In this document: positions 16,167 to 26,006 of the stretch, piece by piece
Position numbering within the stretch: position 1 is the stretch's first letter
Layout of the letters: each line of letters opens with the position of its first letter
UHGV virus genome: UHGV-0045958
Origin: a virus
Strand: one strand, 5' to 3'
Length of the DNA: 40,732 nt
Made by a program: the position numbers and the translations under genes
The notes under the pieces: model-generated
Seen by the model: the letters and a program-made list of their open reading frames with translations, nothing else
Databases searched by the model: none
What the model was told of the DNA's origin: nothing

Positions 16167-16517
16167 ATGACTCAAAACTATGAACTGATTGTGAAAGGGA
16201 TCCGCAATTTTGAGAATAAAGTTACGGTAACTTTAGCGTTACGGGACAAAAAACGCTTTGACGGTGAAATTTTTGACCTGGACATCTCGCTGGACCGTGT
16301 TGAAGGTGCCGCGCTGGAGTTTTATGAGGCAGCAGCCAGAATGAGTATCAGACAGGTCTTCCTGGATGTTGCTGCCGGGTTATGTGAAGGGGATGAGCAG
16401 TCGCCGGAAAAGCGCCCCGTAATTTTAGAGGCGCAGAATGTATGGATAACCTACAAAGGAAAGCTACCGGGAAGAATTACTGGTTCTCTGAAGACTCCTC
16501 CGGAATCACAACCTTAA
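16167..16517 (+). CDS. hypothetical protein between holin and endolysin (YdfR-position)
   Basis: 116-aa acidic protein with an RBS; the same position as ydfR in the Qin lysis cassette. Confidence 0.5.
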   Translation: MTQNYELIVKGIRNFENKVTVTLALRDKKRFDGEIFDLDISLDRVEGAALEFYEAAARMSIRQVFLDVAAGLCEGDEQSPEKRPVILEAQNVWITYKGKLPGRITGSLKTPPESQP

Positions 16518-16580
16518 GTCACTGACCGGAACAGATAAACCTGTCCGTGGGCAGAAACCGATAAATCCTGATAAATATCC

Positions 16581-17114
16581 ATGAACGCAAAAATCAGATA
16601 CGGCCTGTCGGCTGCCGTTCTGGCACTGATTGCCGTCGGTGCGCCCGCGCCTGATATTCTCGACCAGTTTCTGGATGAAAAAGAAGGTAACCACACAACG
16701 GCATACCGCGATGGGTCCGGCATCTGGACCATCTGTCGGGGTGCCACGATGGTGGATGGAAAACCCGTTTTTCCCGGTATGAAACTGTCGAAGGAAAAAT
16801 GCGACCAGGTCAACGCCATTGAGCGTGATAAGGCGCTGGCATGGGTGGAGCGCAATATTAAAGTACTACTGACCGAACCACAAAAAGCGGGTATAGCGTC
16901 ATTCTGTCCCTATAACATTGGCCCCGGTAAGTGTTTCCCGTCGACGTTTTATAAGCGGCTGAATGCCGGTGATCGTAAGGGCGCATGCGAGGCGATTCGC
17001 TGGTGGATAAAAGATGGTGGGCGCGATTGCCGCATACGTTCAAATAACTGCTATGGACAGGTTATTCGTCGTGACCAGGAAAGCGCATTAGCCTGTTGGG
17101 GGATAGAGCAGTGA
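16581..17114 (+). CDS. SAR endolysin (T4-lysozyme-like muramidase, R21/P1 Lyz type)
   Basis: N-terminal weakly hydrophobic signal-anchor-release segment ([18 protein letters not shown]) followed by a lysozyme-like domain ([14 protein letters not shown]...). Confidence 0.85.
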   Translation: MNAKIRYGLSAAVLALIAVGAPAPDILDQFLDEKEGNHTTAYRDGSGIWTICRGATMVDGKPVFPGMKLSKEKCDQVNAIERDKALAWVERNIKVLLTEPQKAGIASFCPYNIGPGKCFPSTFYKRLNAGDRKGACEAIRWWIKDGGRDCRIRSNNCYGQVIRRDQESALACWGIEQ

Positions 17115-17572
17115 GCAGAGTCGCCGCGATTATTTATGCTTTGGTTATCTGCATCATCGTCTGCCTGTCGTGGGCGGTCAATCATTACCGTGATAACGCC
17201 ATCGCCTACAAAGAACAGCGTGATAAAAAAGTCAGTGAGCTGAAGCAGGCGATCGCCACTATCGCTGACATGCAGCAGCGTCAGCGTGATGTTGCTGCAC
17301 TCGATGCAAAGTACTCGAGAGAATTAGCCAATGCGAAAGCTGAAAATGAAACTCTGCGCGCTGATGTTGCCGCTGGTCGTCGTCGGTTGCACATCAAAGC
17401 AGTCTGTCAGTCAGTGCGTGAAGCCACCACCGCCTCCGGCGTGGATAATGCAACCAGCCCCCGACTGGCAGACACCGCTGAACGGGATTATTTCACCCTC
17501 AGAGAGAGGCTGATCACAATGCAAAAACAACTGGAAGGAACCCAGAAGTATATTAATGAGCAGTGCAGATAG
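17111..17572 (+). CDS. Rz i-spanin
   Basis: N-terminal TM segment then coiled-coil; highly similar to recalled lambda Rz; GTG start with GGGGGA RBS. Confidence 0.8.
   Translation: MSRVAAIIYALVICIIVCLSWAVNHYRDNAIAYKEQRDKKVSELKQAIATIADMQQRQRDVAALDAKYSRELANAKAENETLRADVAAGRRRLHIKAVCQSVREATTASGVDNATSPRLADTAERDYFTLRERLITMQKQLEGTQKYINEQCR
17331..17513 (+). CDS. Rz1 o-spanin lipoprotein (embedded in Rz, +1 frame)
   Basis: Lipobox LPLVVVGC followed by a Pro-rich segment; entirely nested within Rz. Confidence 0.75.
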   Translation: MRKLKMKLCALMLPLVVVGCTSKQSVSQCVKPPPPPAWIMQPAPDWQTPLNGIISPSERG

Positions 17573-17603
17573 AGCTGCCCATATCGATGGGCAACTCATG
17601 CAA

Positions 17604-17897
17604 TTATTGTGAGCAATACACACGCGCTTCCAGTGGAGTATAAATGCCTAAAGTAATAAAACCGAGAAATCCATTTACGAATGTTTGCTGGGTTTCTGTT
17701 TTAACAACATTTTCTGCGCCGCCACAAATTTTGGCTGCATCAACAGTTTTCTCCTGTCCAATTCCCGAAACGAAGAAATGATGGGTGATGGTTTCCTTTG
17801 GTGTTACTGCTGTCGGTTTGTTTCCAACAGTAAACGTCTGTTGAGCACATCCTGTAATAAGCATTGCCAGAGCGGCAGAAAACAACATTTTTTTCAT
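17604..17897 (-). CDS. bor: Bor lipoprotein (serum resistance)
   Basis: MKKMLFSAALAMLITGCAQQTFTV...EARVYCSQ is near-identical to recalled lambda Bor; 97 aa from the internal Met of the track ORF. Confidence 0.85.
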   Translation of the reverse strand: MKKMLFSAALAMLITGCAQQTFTVGNKPTAVTPKETITHHFFVSGIGQEKTVDAAKICGGAENVVKTETQQTFVNGFLGFITLGIYTPLEARVYCSQ

Positions 17898-18422
17898 CTT
17901 ATTATCCTGCATTGTTAAAAACGGCAGAATCCTATGTGACAACAATTAAACGATAGTTAAATGGATTGATGAAAATTAAAACTATATAGGTGGATGCTCA
18001 GCCTATTGGAGGTAGTCAGGATTTGAATGTCAGTCTGTTGTCGGCATTCTGGCAATGCAATTTGGATAAAGCGGGGATTAAAAAGATAGAGGCGAGCCGG
18101 TCAGGTAGAAATGAATCAGGCTCAAAGTGAAGCGGAAAAGGTCTGTGGCACAAGCTGATGCAGCCATAATTACAGCCTGATGATTTGTGGAATGAAACAT
18201 GTTGAACCTCCTTAATTGATGTTATTCGAGTGATGAAGGCATTCTGTCCTTCTATAGTGTCCAGTAAATCAAACAGGAAACTTGTCCAACGTGTTGGACA
18301 AGCCTCTCCATTAGTGAGTTGTATTGATCACAACTCTACAAAGAATTCATTACTGGGTAGATGAAAATAGTTTCACTATGAATGGAGGAGGCTATGTCGG
18401 TGGCTTCTTCATTGGAGTACAT

Positions 18423-18773
18423 ATGCCCCCACGAATCCCACGCGCCTGCCGTAAGCGTGGATGTGCAGGTACAACCACAGACAGTTCTGGTTACTGCGAT
18501 AAACATCGTGGCGAAGGATGGGTACAGCATCAACGCGGACTGAGCCGCCACCAGCGTGGCTATGGCTCGAAATGGGATGCCATACGTGCGCGCATACTGA
18601 AGCGTGATAATCATCTGTGTCAGAACTGCCTGCGCAATGGGAGAGCCGTTGAAGCCAGAACTGTGGACCACATCATTCCGAAAGCTCATGGTGGCACGGA
18701 TGCAGACAGTAACCTGCAGAGTCTGTGCTGGCCCTGTCATAAAGCAAAAACAGCGCGCGAACGCCTCAATTGA
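18423..18773 (+). CDS. HNH endonuclease (terminase-associated)
   Basis: HNH motifs (CQNCLRNG...VDHIIPKAHGG...NLQSLCWPCH); immediately upstream of terS, as in HK97-like packaging modules. Confidence 0.8.
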   Translation: MPPRIPRACRKRGCAGTTTDSSGYCDKHRGEGWVQHQRGLSRHQRGYGSKWDAIRARILKRDNHLCQNCLRNGRAVEARTVDHIIPKAHGGTDADSNLQSLCWPCHKAKTARERLN

Positions 18774-18920
18774 TAACAGTTCCCATCTGTAGGGGAGGGG
18801 CAGGTCAAATCTCTGCAACCCTGGCTGCTCAGTACCGCCGCCTGACCTTTCCTCGCATCGCCGCAGGTTCGAAAACTTTTTTTTGGAATGTGATTAAATG
18901 ATTGATAGGTAAAATCGATT

Positions 18921-19403
18921 ATGTCTGGACCCCCGAAAACCCCGCCACGCCTGCATTTGATACGAGGTAACCCCTCAAAGCGGCCAGTTAAAGACTCCAA
19001 AAAAACCGCTAAAAAGGATGAAAAAGGTCTCCCTAAAATTCCGCAACATTTAGGGGCGCAGGGGAAGTACTGGTTCAGGCGAATGGCGGAAGAGCTGAAT
19101 GCGGAAGGGATCATTTCTCAGCTCGATGCACGTGCGCTCGAGTTACTGGTGGAAGCCTACACCGAATACCGGCATCACTGCGAAATACTCGATGTTGAGG
19201 GTTATACCTACCGCACGGAAACGCAGAATGGCGATGTGCTGATCAAGGCACACCCGGCTGCTGCGATGAAGGCTGATGCCTGGAAGCGGATTCGGGCGAT
19301 GCTTGCAGAGTTTGGTATGTCACCGGCAAGCCGGGCGAAAGTAAATACCGCCGGACCGGATGATGTTGATCCGCTGGCAGAGCTTTTAAAAGCGAGAGAC
19401 TGA
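18921..19403 (+). CDS. terminase small subunit (P27 family)
   Basis: 160 aa; position between the HNH gene and the large terminase; sequence typical of the family. Confidence 0.8.
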   Translation: MSGPPKTPPRLHLIRGNPSKRPVKDSKKTAKKDEKGLPKIPQHLGAQGKYWFRRMAEELNAEGIISQLDARALELLVEAYTEYRHHCEILDVEGYTYRTETQNGDVLIKAHPAAAMKADAWKRIRAMLAEFGMSPASRAKVNTAGPDDVDPLAELLKARD

Positions 19404-21160
19404 TGGCAAAAGTGGCTGACGGGATCCGCTACGCCGAACGTGTTGTTGCAGGAGAAATTGTTGCTGGCGAATTTGTCCGTCTGGCCTGCCAGCGTTTTCT
19501 TGATGATCTGAAGTACGGCGAAGAGCGGGGGATTTATTTCAGTGAACCCCGTGCACAGCACATCCTTAATTTCTACAAATTTGTACCCCATGTGAAAGGG
19601 GCGCTGGCAGGTCAGCCCATTGAGTTGATGGACTGGCATGTGTTTATCCTCATTAATATTTTTGGTTTTGTCATTCCGCTGGTGAATGAAGAAACCGGGG
19701 AAGTTGTCATGCGCAGCGATGGCAGTGGACGCCCGGTGATGGTGCGCCGGTTCCGGACAGCATACAACGAAGTTGCCCGTAAAAACGCAAAATCAACCCT
19801 GTCATCGGGTATCGGTCTGTATATGACGGGGGCAGATGGTGAAGGCGGGGCTGAGGTGTATTCAGCCGCAACCACGCGTGACCAGGCCAGAATTGTGTTT
19901 GAAGACGCCAAAAATATGGTCAGAAAAGCCCGGTCGACACTCGGGCGGTTGTTTGATTTCAACAAGCTGGCGATTTACCAGGAGCAGAGCGCATCAAAAT
20001 TTGAACCGCTTTCCTCGGATGCAAACAACCTGGACGGTCTGAACATCCACTGCGCCATTATTGATGAGCTGCATGCTCATAAAACCCGTGACGTGTGGGA
20101 CGTTCTGGAAACGGCAACCGGTGCCCGTCTGCAGTCTCTGTTATTTGGCATCACCACGGCTGGCTTTAACAAGGAAGGGATTTGCTACGAGCAGCGCGAT
20201 TACGCCATTAAGGTATTGCGAGGCTATAACAGCGACGTGGAGGGCGCGGTAAAAGACGACTCCTACTTTGCGATCATTTACACGCTCGATGAGGGAGATG
20301 ATCCGTTTGATGAAACGGTCTGGCAGAAAGCGAATCCTGGCCTGGGCATCTGTAAACGCTGGGATGATCTGCGTCGTCTGGCGAAAAAAGCGAAGGAGCA
20401 GGTCTCTGCGCGGGTGAATTTTTTTACCAAACACATGAATGTGTGGGTCACTGCCGAATCTGCCTGGATGGATATGATTAAGTGGGAGAAGTGCGAATAC
20501 ATTGCTCCACAACATGAGCTGAAAACATATCCCATGTGGGTCGGCGTCGACCTTGCTCATAAGATTGATATCTGTGCGGCGGCAAAACTCTGGCGAACCG
20601 ATAACGGACATGTTCATGCTGATTTTAAATTCTGGCTTCCGGAAGGACGGCTGGAGCGATGCTCGCGGCAGCAGGCAGAACTTTACCGGAAGTGGGCGGA
20701 GATGGATAAGCTCATCCTGACGGATGGTGATGTTATCGATCATGCTCAGATAAAAAGTGACTTACTGGAATGGATTGGCGGTGAAAACCTCAGGGAACTG
20801 GGATTTGACCCGTGGAGCGCAATGCAGTTCAGCCTGGCACTGGCTGAAGAAGGGATACCGCTGGTGGAGGTTCCGCAGACGGTCCGCAATCTGTCAGAGG
20901 CCATGAAGGAAACGGAATCACTGGTTTATGCCGGGCGTTTCCATCACAGCAATCATCCGGTCATGAACTGGATGATGTCTAACGTTACGGTAAAACCGGA
21001 CAAAAACGACAACATCTTCCCGAATAAATCCACGCCTGAAGCCAAAATCGACGGCCCTGTTGCGCTTTTTACGGCCATGAGCCGCTTTCTGGTAAATGGC
21101 GGGGGCGTGAATGACTTTCTGTCCACGCTTGATCCTGATGAGGACCTGTTAATTCTGTGA
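19403..21160 (+). CDS. terminase large subunit
   Basis: 585 aa; N-terminal ATPase and C-terminal nuclease architecture; start overlaps the terS stop. Confidence 0.9.
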   Translation: MAKVADGIRYAERVVAGEIVAGEFVRLACQRFLDDLKYGEERGIYFSEPRAQHILNFYKFVPHVKGALAGQPIELMDWHVFILINIFGFVIPLVNEETGEVVMRSDGSGRPVMVRRFRTAYNEVARKNAKSTLSSGIGLYMTGADGEGGAEVYSAATTRDQARIVFEDAKNMVRKARSTLGRLFDFNKLAIYQEQSASKFEPLSSDANNLDGLNIHCAIIDELHAHKTRDVWDVLETATGARLQSLLFGITTAGFNKEGICYEQRDYAIKVLRGYNSDVEGAVKDDSYFAIIYTLDEGDDPFDETVWQKANPGLGICKRWDDLRRLAKKAKEQVSARVNFFTKHMNVWVTAESAWMDMIKWEKCEYIAPQHELKTYPMWVGVDLAHKIDICAAAKLWRTDNGHVHADFKFWLPEGRLERCSRQQAELYRKWAEMDKLILTDGDVIDHAQIKSDLLEWIGGENLRELGFDPWSAMQFSLALAEEGIPLVEVPQTVRNLSEAMKETESLVYAGRFHHSNHPVMNWMMSNVTVKPDKNDNIFPNKSTPEAKIDGPVALFTAMSRFLVNGGGVNDFLSTLDPDEDLLIL

Positions 21161-21177
21161 AACAGCTTATTACTGAT

Positions 21178-21315
21178 ATGACCGGGCTGATCGGTTTCGG
21201 TTTGCTCACTGCTGGCGTTTATCTGTATGCAGGTCTGCCAGCGTCTCTGATGCTGTCGGGCTGTTTGTTGCTGCTTTATGCACTGGTAGTGTCCATGAGG
21301 AGAAAACATGCTTCT
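21178..21315 (+). CDS. small hydrophobic ORF between terminase and portal (45 aa)
   Basis: Hand-translated MTGLIGFGLLTAGVYLYAGLPASLMLSGCLLLLYALVVSMRRKHAS; overlaps the portal start. Confidence 0.3.
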
Positions 21316-22534
21316 TGATGCTCTGTTTCGCAGTGAGTCTCTGGAAAATCCCTCGGTTCCGGTAACCGGAGAGGCCGCTGAGACGGATAATATTTTTGCC
21401 CGGGATGTGTATGTCAGTCCGGAAACATCCATGAAGCTGGCTGCTGTCTATGCCTGTATTTATGTTATTTCATCCAGTGTGGCTCAGATGCCCCTGCATG
21501 TGATGCGAAAAACGAATGAGCATGTTCAGCCTGCACGCGATCATCCGTTGTTCTGGCTCGTTCATGATGAACCTAATGCCTGGCAGACCAGCTATAAGTG
21601 GCGGGAACTGAAGCAGCGTCATGTGCTGGGGTGGGGCAATGGTTATACGTGGGTAAAACGTAATCGTCGTGGAGAGGTTACCAGCCTTGAATGCTGTATG
21701 CCATGGGAAACCACGTTACTTAACACCGGTGGGCGTCATACTTACGGGGTGTATAACGAAGAGGGTGCATTTGCGGTAAGTCCGGACGACATGATCCATA
21801 TCAGGGCGCTGGGAAACAATCAGAAAATGGGACTGAGCCCGATCATGCAGCATGCTGAAACCATTGGTATGGGAATGAGTGGCCAGCAGTATACCAGCGC
21901 CTTTTTTAACGGTAATGCCCGTCCTGCCGGTATTATTTCTGTGAAAAATGAACTGAACGAACAGAGCTGGGGCAGGCTTAAAAATATGTGGCAGCGGGCG
22001 GTGACAGCGCTTCGCAGCCAGGAAAATAAAACCATGCTGTTGCCTGCGCAACTGGATTACCGCGCTCTGACAGTTTCTCCGGTGGATGCTCAGATCATTG
22101 ATATGACCAAGCTGAACAGGTCGATGATTGCAGGGATTTTTAATGTCCCGGCGCACATGATTAATGACCTGGAAAAAGCCACATTTTCGAATATTACGCA
22201 GCAGGCGATTCAGTTTGTTCGCTACACGATGATGCCCTGGGTTGCGAACTGGGAGCAGGAGCTTAACCGTCGCCTGTTTACCCGTACAGAACGGGCTGCC
22301 GGGTATTACGTTCGTTTTAACCTCACGGGGTTGCTCCGTGGGACCCCACAGGAGCGTGCGCAGTTCTATCACTTTGCCATTACAGATGGCTGGATGAGTC
22401 GGAATGAAGCCAGGGCATTTGAGGATATGAACCCGGTTGACGGTCTGGATGAAATGCTGGTCAGCGTAAATGCAGCAAATCCGTTGAATAACTTTAAAGA
22501 TACGAAAGGCAAAGAGGAAAAGAACGATGAATGA
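21308..22534 (+). CDS. portal protein (HK97 family)
   Basis: 408 aa; GAGGAG RBS; position after the terminase. Confidence 0.9.
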   Translation: MLLDALFRSESLENPSVPVTGEAAETDNIFARDVYVSPETSMKLAAVYACIYVISSSVAQMPLHVMRKTNEHVQPARDHPLFWLVHDEPNAWQTSYKWRELKQRHVLGWGNGYTWVKRNRRGEVTSLECCMPWETTLLNTGGRHTYGVYNEEGAFAVSPDDMIHIRALGNNQKMGLSPIMQHAETIGMGMSGQQYTSAFFNGNARPAGIISVKNELNEQSWGRLKNMWQRAVTALRSQENKTMLLPAQLDYRALTVSPVDAQIIDMTKLNRSMIAGIFNVPAHMINDLEKATFSNITQQAIQFVRYTMMPWVANWEQELNRRLFTRTERAAGYYVRFNLTGLLRGTPQERAQFYHFAITDGWMSRNEARAFEDMNPVDGLDEMLVSVNAANPLNNFKDTKGKEEKNDE

Positions 22535-23126
22535 CCGTGAAACGCGCTGTTACAGCGGGGAGGTGCGGGCGGAACAATATGATAATGCCCCGACCCACAT
22601 TCTGGGGTATGGCTCGGTATTTAACAGTCGTTCAGAACCTCTGTGGGGATTTCGTGAAATCATCAAGCCGGGGGCTTTTGATGATGTACTGAATGATGAT
22701 GTACGTGGCTTGTTTAATCATGATCCTAATTTCATTCTCGGACGAAGTTCTGCCGGCACATTGTCATTGTCGGTGGATGAACGCGGTTTACGTTATGACA
22801 TTGTTGCACCGGATACTCCGACTATTTGTGACCTGGTGCTGTCTCCAATGTTGCGTGGTGACATTAACCAGTCCTCGTTCGCGTTTCGTGTCGCCCGTGA
22901 CGGAGAGAGCTGGTATGAAGACGACGAGGGGATTGTTATCCGGGAAATCACGCGCATTTCTCGTCTGTATGACGTCAGCCCGGTGACATATCCGGCCTAT
23001 CAGGACGCAGACTCCGGTGTCCGCTCAATGAAAGCCTGGCAGGAAGCGCGGGCGAGTGGTGCGCTGAAGAAAGCTGTTAATGAACGAATGGCGCGTGAGC
23101 GCCTTTTGACCCTTCTTAATGCATAA
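22527..23126 (+). CDS. prohead protease (HK97 family)
   Basis: 199 aa; start overlaps the portal stop. Confidence 0.85.
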   Translation: MNDRETRCYSGEVRAEQYDNAPTHILGYGSVFNSRSEPLWGFREIIKPGAFDDVLNDDVRGLFNHDPNFILGRSSAGTLSLSVDERGLRYDIVAPDTPTICDLVLSPMLRGDINQSSFAFRVARDGESWYEDDEGIVIREITRISRLYDVSPVTYPAYQDADSGVRSMKAWQEARASGALKKAVNERMARERLLTLLNA

Positions 23127-23140
23127 GGATACTACTGACG

Positions 23141-24358
23141 ATGAAACTTCATGAGATGAAGCAAAAACGAAACACCATTGCAAAGGATATGCGTGCACTG
23201 CATGAAAAAATTGGTGATAACGCATGGACTGATGAGCAACGGGCAGAGTGGAACAGGGCGAAAGCTGAGCTGGATGCGCTGGATGAGCAAATCGCCCGTG
23301 AAGAAGAGTTGCGCCGTCAGGATCAGGCATATGTGGATGAGTCCGGGCCGGAAGAGCGCCAGAATAATGAGGCGGAGAACGGGAAAAAGGCGGTGGAAGA
23401 GAAGCGTGCTGCGGCATTTAACCGTTTTCTGCGTGCCGGATTTGCAGAACTGAATGCTGAAGAGCGTAATCTGATGCGTGAACTGCGGGCTCAGAGTGTA
23501 ACAACGGATTCTCAGGGCGGATATACGGTGCCCACGCAGATGCGTAACAAAATCATTGACACCATGAAGGCTTATGGCGGGATTGCCAGTGTGGCGCAAC
23601 TTCTGACCACATCAACCGGGCAGGATATCACCTGGTCAACGTCTGATGGCACGACTGAAGAGGGCGAACTGCTGGCGGAAAATACAGCCGCAACGGAACA
23701 GGATGTGACGTTCGGGACCGCTATTCTGGGGGCTAAAAAGCTGTCATCAAAAATAATTCGTGTGTCCAATGAGCTGCTCCAGGACAGTGGGGTGGATATT
23801 GAATCTTATCTGGCAAACCGTATTGCCCAGCGTATTGGTCGTGGAGAGGCAAAATATCTGGTTCAGGGGACCGGAACGGGATCACCGTTACAGCCAAAAG
23901 GGCTGGCAGCGTCGGTGACGGGAACCATCCAGACTGCAGCCTCTGCCGCTTTCACCTGGAAAGAAATGAATGCCCTGAAACATGCCATTGATCCGGCATA
24001 TCGTGGTGGGCCGAAATACCGCTGGGCATTCAATGATGCCACATTGCAGACTATTGAAGAGATGGAGGATGGACAGAAACGCCCGTTATGGCTGCCGGAT
24101 ATTGCAGGCGGTACGCCGGCTACTGTGCTGGGGATCCCTTATGTTATTGATCAGGCTATTGACGGGATTGGTACTGGAAAAAAATTCATTTTCCTGGGGG
24201 ATTTCAACCGCTTTATCATTCGCCGCGTTACTTATATGGAACTGAAACGTCTGGTTGAGCGTTATGCTGAGTTTGATCAGGTGGCATTTCTGGCTTTCCA
24301 TCGTTTTGACTGTGTGCTGGAAGATGTGGCAGCCATCAAGGCGCTCACTGGCAAATAA
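23141..24358 (+). CDS. major capsid protein (HK97 fold) with N-terminal coiled-coil delta domain
   Basis: 405 aa; N-terminal ~100 aa are Glu/Arg-rich coiled-coil. Confidence 0.9.
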   Translation: MKLHEMKQKRNTIAKDMRALHEKIGDNAWTDEQRAEWNRAKAELDALDEQIAREEELRRQDQAYVDESGPEERQNNEAENGKKAVEEKRAAAFNRFLRAGFAELNAEERNLMRELRAQSVTTDSQGGYTVPTQMRNKIIDTMKAYGGIASVAQLLTTSTGQDITWSTSDGTTEEGELLAENTAATEQDVTFGTAILGAKKLSSKIIRVSNELLQDSGVDIESYLANRIAQRIGRGEAKYLVQGTGTGSPLQPKGLAASVTGTIQTAASAAFTWKEMNALKHAIDPAYRGGPKYRWAFNDATLQTIEEMEDGQKRPLWLPDIAGGTPATVLGIPYVIDQAIDGIGTGKKFIFLGDFNRFIIRRVTYMELKRLVERYAEFDQVAFLAFHRFDCVLEDVAAIKALTGK

Positions 24359-24380
24359 CCACTCGTTGTTCAGTTACAGA

Positions 24381-24401
24381 CCGCGCCGACGCGGTTTTTT
24401 T
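24381..24401 (+). terminator. intrinsic terminator after the capsid gene
   Basis: CCGCG-ccga-CGCGG followed by TTTTTTT. Confidence 0.6.
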
Positions 24402-24434
24402 ATGCCCGCACAGTGTTGCGGGCAGGAGTTTCTG

Positions 24435-24752
24435 ATGGCAGCAATAGTGGAAAAACTCAGGGCGCAGTGCCGTATTGATACAGATGATGCAACTGATGAT
24501 GAGTTACTGATGCTGTATTTCCGGGCTGCCTGCCGCAAGGCAGAAAATTTTATCAACCGTAAGCTTTATGAGGAGACGGTGCCGGAAGGTGATCCTGAAG
24601 GGGTGCTTATAGCTGATGATGTTTTGCTGGCGCTCATGTTGCTGGTCGGGCACTGGTGCGAAAACCGGGAAAATTCCTCAGATGTCAGTAAGGCACCAGT
24701 CCCGTTTGGTTTTTCTTCTCTGCTGGAGCCTTATCGTTTTATTCCTTTGTAG
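24435..24752 (+). CDS. head-tail connector protein (gp6-like)
   Basis: Track ORF 24255..24752 trimmed to ATG 24435 downstream of the terminator, with GGAG RBS. Confidence 0.7.
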   Translation: MAAIVEKLRAQCRIDTDDATDDELLMLYFRAACRKAENFINRKLYEETVPEGDPEGVLIADDVLLALMLLVGHWCENRENSSDVSKAPVPFGFSSLLEPYRFIPL

Positions 24753-24760
24753 GAGGAGAC

Positions 24761-25099
24761 ATGCAGGCGGGCAGATTACGTGATCGCGTAATTATTCTGA
24801 ATGTCACCACCGCCCGCTCTCCGTCAGGGCATCCGGTGGAGACGGTGACGGAGGGAGCTACCGTATGGGCAGAAGTTAAGGGTATCAGCGGGAGGGAGAT
24901 AATCTCAGGCGGAGCAGAAACCGCTCAGGCTACGGTCAGAGTCTGGATGAGATTCCGGCGCGATGTGACAGCGACTTCACGTCTGAAAGTGCTGACCGGT
25001 GCATTTAAAGGGGCCATTCTGGGTATAGAAGGTCCACCAATACCGGATGCACGCGCTACCCGGCTTGAAATACTCTGCAGCCTGAAGGGGAATGTGTGA
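24761..25099 (+). CDS. head closure / head-tail adaptor protein
   Basis: 112 aa in conserved order; GGAGGAG RBS. Confidence 0.7.
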   Translation: MQAGRLRDRVIILNVTTARSPSGHPVETVTEGATVWAEVKGISGREIISGGAETAQATVRVWMRFRRDVTATSRLKVLTGAFKGAILGIEGPPIPDARATRLEILCSLKGNV

Positions 25100-25545
25100 T
25101 GGATTTCAGTCTTGATTTTTCCGGCCTGGCGGATATTGCACGGGATTTGGAGACGCTCAGCAGGGCAGAAAACAATAAGGTTCTGCGCGATGCCACCCGT
25201 GCCGGTGCTGAAGTTATGCGGGATGCAGTTGTTGAACGTGCGCCGGAGCGAACCGGGAAACTGAAGAAAAATGTGGTTGTTCTCACTCAGCGTTCAAAGC
25301 GTCGGGGGGAAATTATCTCGGGTGTCCACATTCGCGGACGGAACCTGCGAACCGGAAACAGTGATAACAGCATGAAAGCCAGCGATCCCCGAAATGCATT
25401 TTACTGGCGCTTTGTGGAGCTGGGAACGATAAACATGCCCGCGCATCCATTCATTCGCCCGGCTTTCGATACGACAGAGGAGCTGGCGGCGCAGGTTGCC
25501 ATACAGCGAATGAATCAGGCTATTGATGAGGTCTTAAGTAAATGA
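25096..25545 (+). CDS. HK97 gp10-family tail component
   Basis: 149 aa in conserved order; overlapping starts and stops. Confidence 0.7.
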   Translation: MMDFSLDFSGLADIARDLETLSRAENNKVLRDATRAGAEVMRDAVVERAPERTGKLKKNVVVLTQRSKRRGEIISGVHIRGRNLRTGNSDNSMKASDPRNAFYWRFVELGTINMPAHPFIRPAFDTTEELAAQVAIQRMNQAIDEVLSK

Positions 25546-25886
25546 GGGAGGGCACACTGTATTCCCTGTTGTCTCAGCTGGCCGGAGGACAGGTTTATCC
25601 TTATGTGGTCCCGCTGACGGAGGGAAAGCCTGCAGTATCTCCGCCGTGGCTGGTGTTTTCTGTGGTGTCTGACACGGTATCTGATGTGCTTGATGGGCAG
25701 GCTGAATCCAGAATTACCGTGCAGATCGATGTCTGGGCGACAGTACCTGATGACGCAGATAATATTCGTGAGCAGGCGCTTGATGCGGTAAGAAAACTGG
25801 CACCCTCCGTTATTTCTAAAACGCAGGGTTATGATCCTGACTCCCGTCTGAGCAGAGCCACGCTTGAATTCCAGGTAATAGCCTGA
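25542..25886 (+). CDS. tail completion protein (DUF3168-like)
   Basis: 114 aa in conserved order. Confidence 0.65.
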   Translation: MREGTLYSLLSQLAGGQVYPYVVPLTEGKPAVSPPWLVFSVVSDTVSDVLDGQAESRITVQIDVWATVPDDADNIREQALDAVRKLAPSVISKTQGYDPDSRLSRATLEFQVIA

Positions 25887-25937
25887 GGTCATTAATGATT
25901 TTACCCACCCCCCGCCGGGGGGGGGTTTTTTTTTTTT

Positions 25938-25959
25938 NNNNNNNNNNNNNNNNNNNNNN
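25938..25959. other. assembly gap (22 N) inside a C/G/T homopolymer hairpin region
   Basis: N-run; flanks ccccgccggggggggg ttttttttttt / cccccccccc ggggggggggg ttttttttt. Confidence 0.95.
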
Positions 25960-26006
25960 CCCCCCCCCCGGGGGGGGGGGTTTTTTTTTATTTTCAGGAG
26001 ACGAGT

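Noticed and set aside
20141-20743. 200-aa minus-strand ORF
   Set aside because: Antisense to the large terminase gene.
21716-22372. 218-aa minus-strand ORF
   Set aside because: Antisense to the portal gene.
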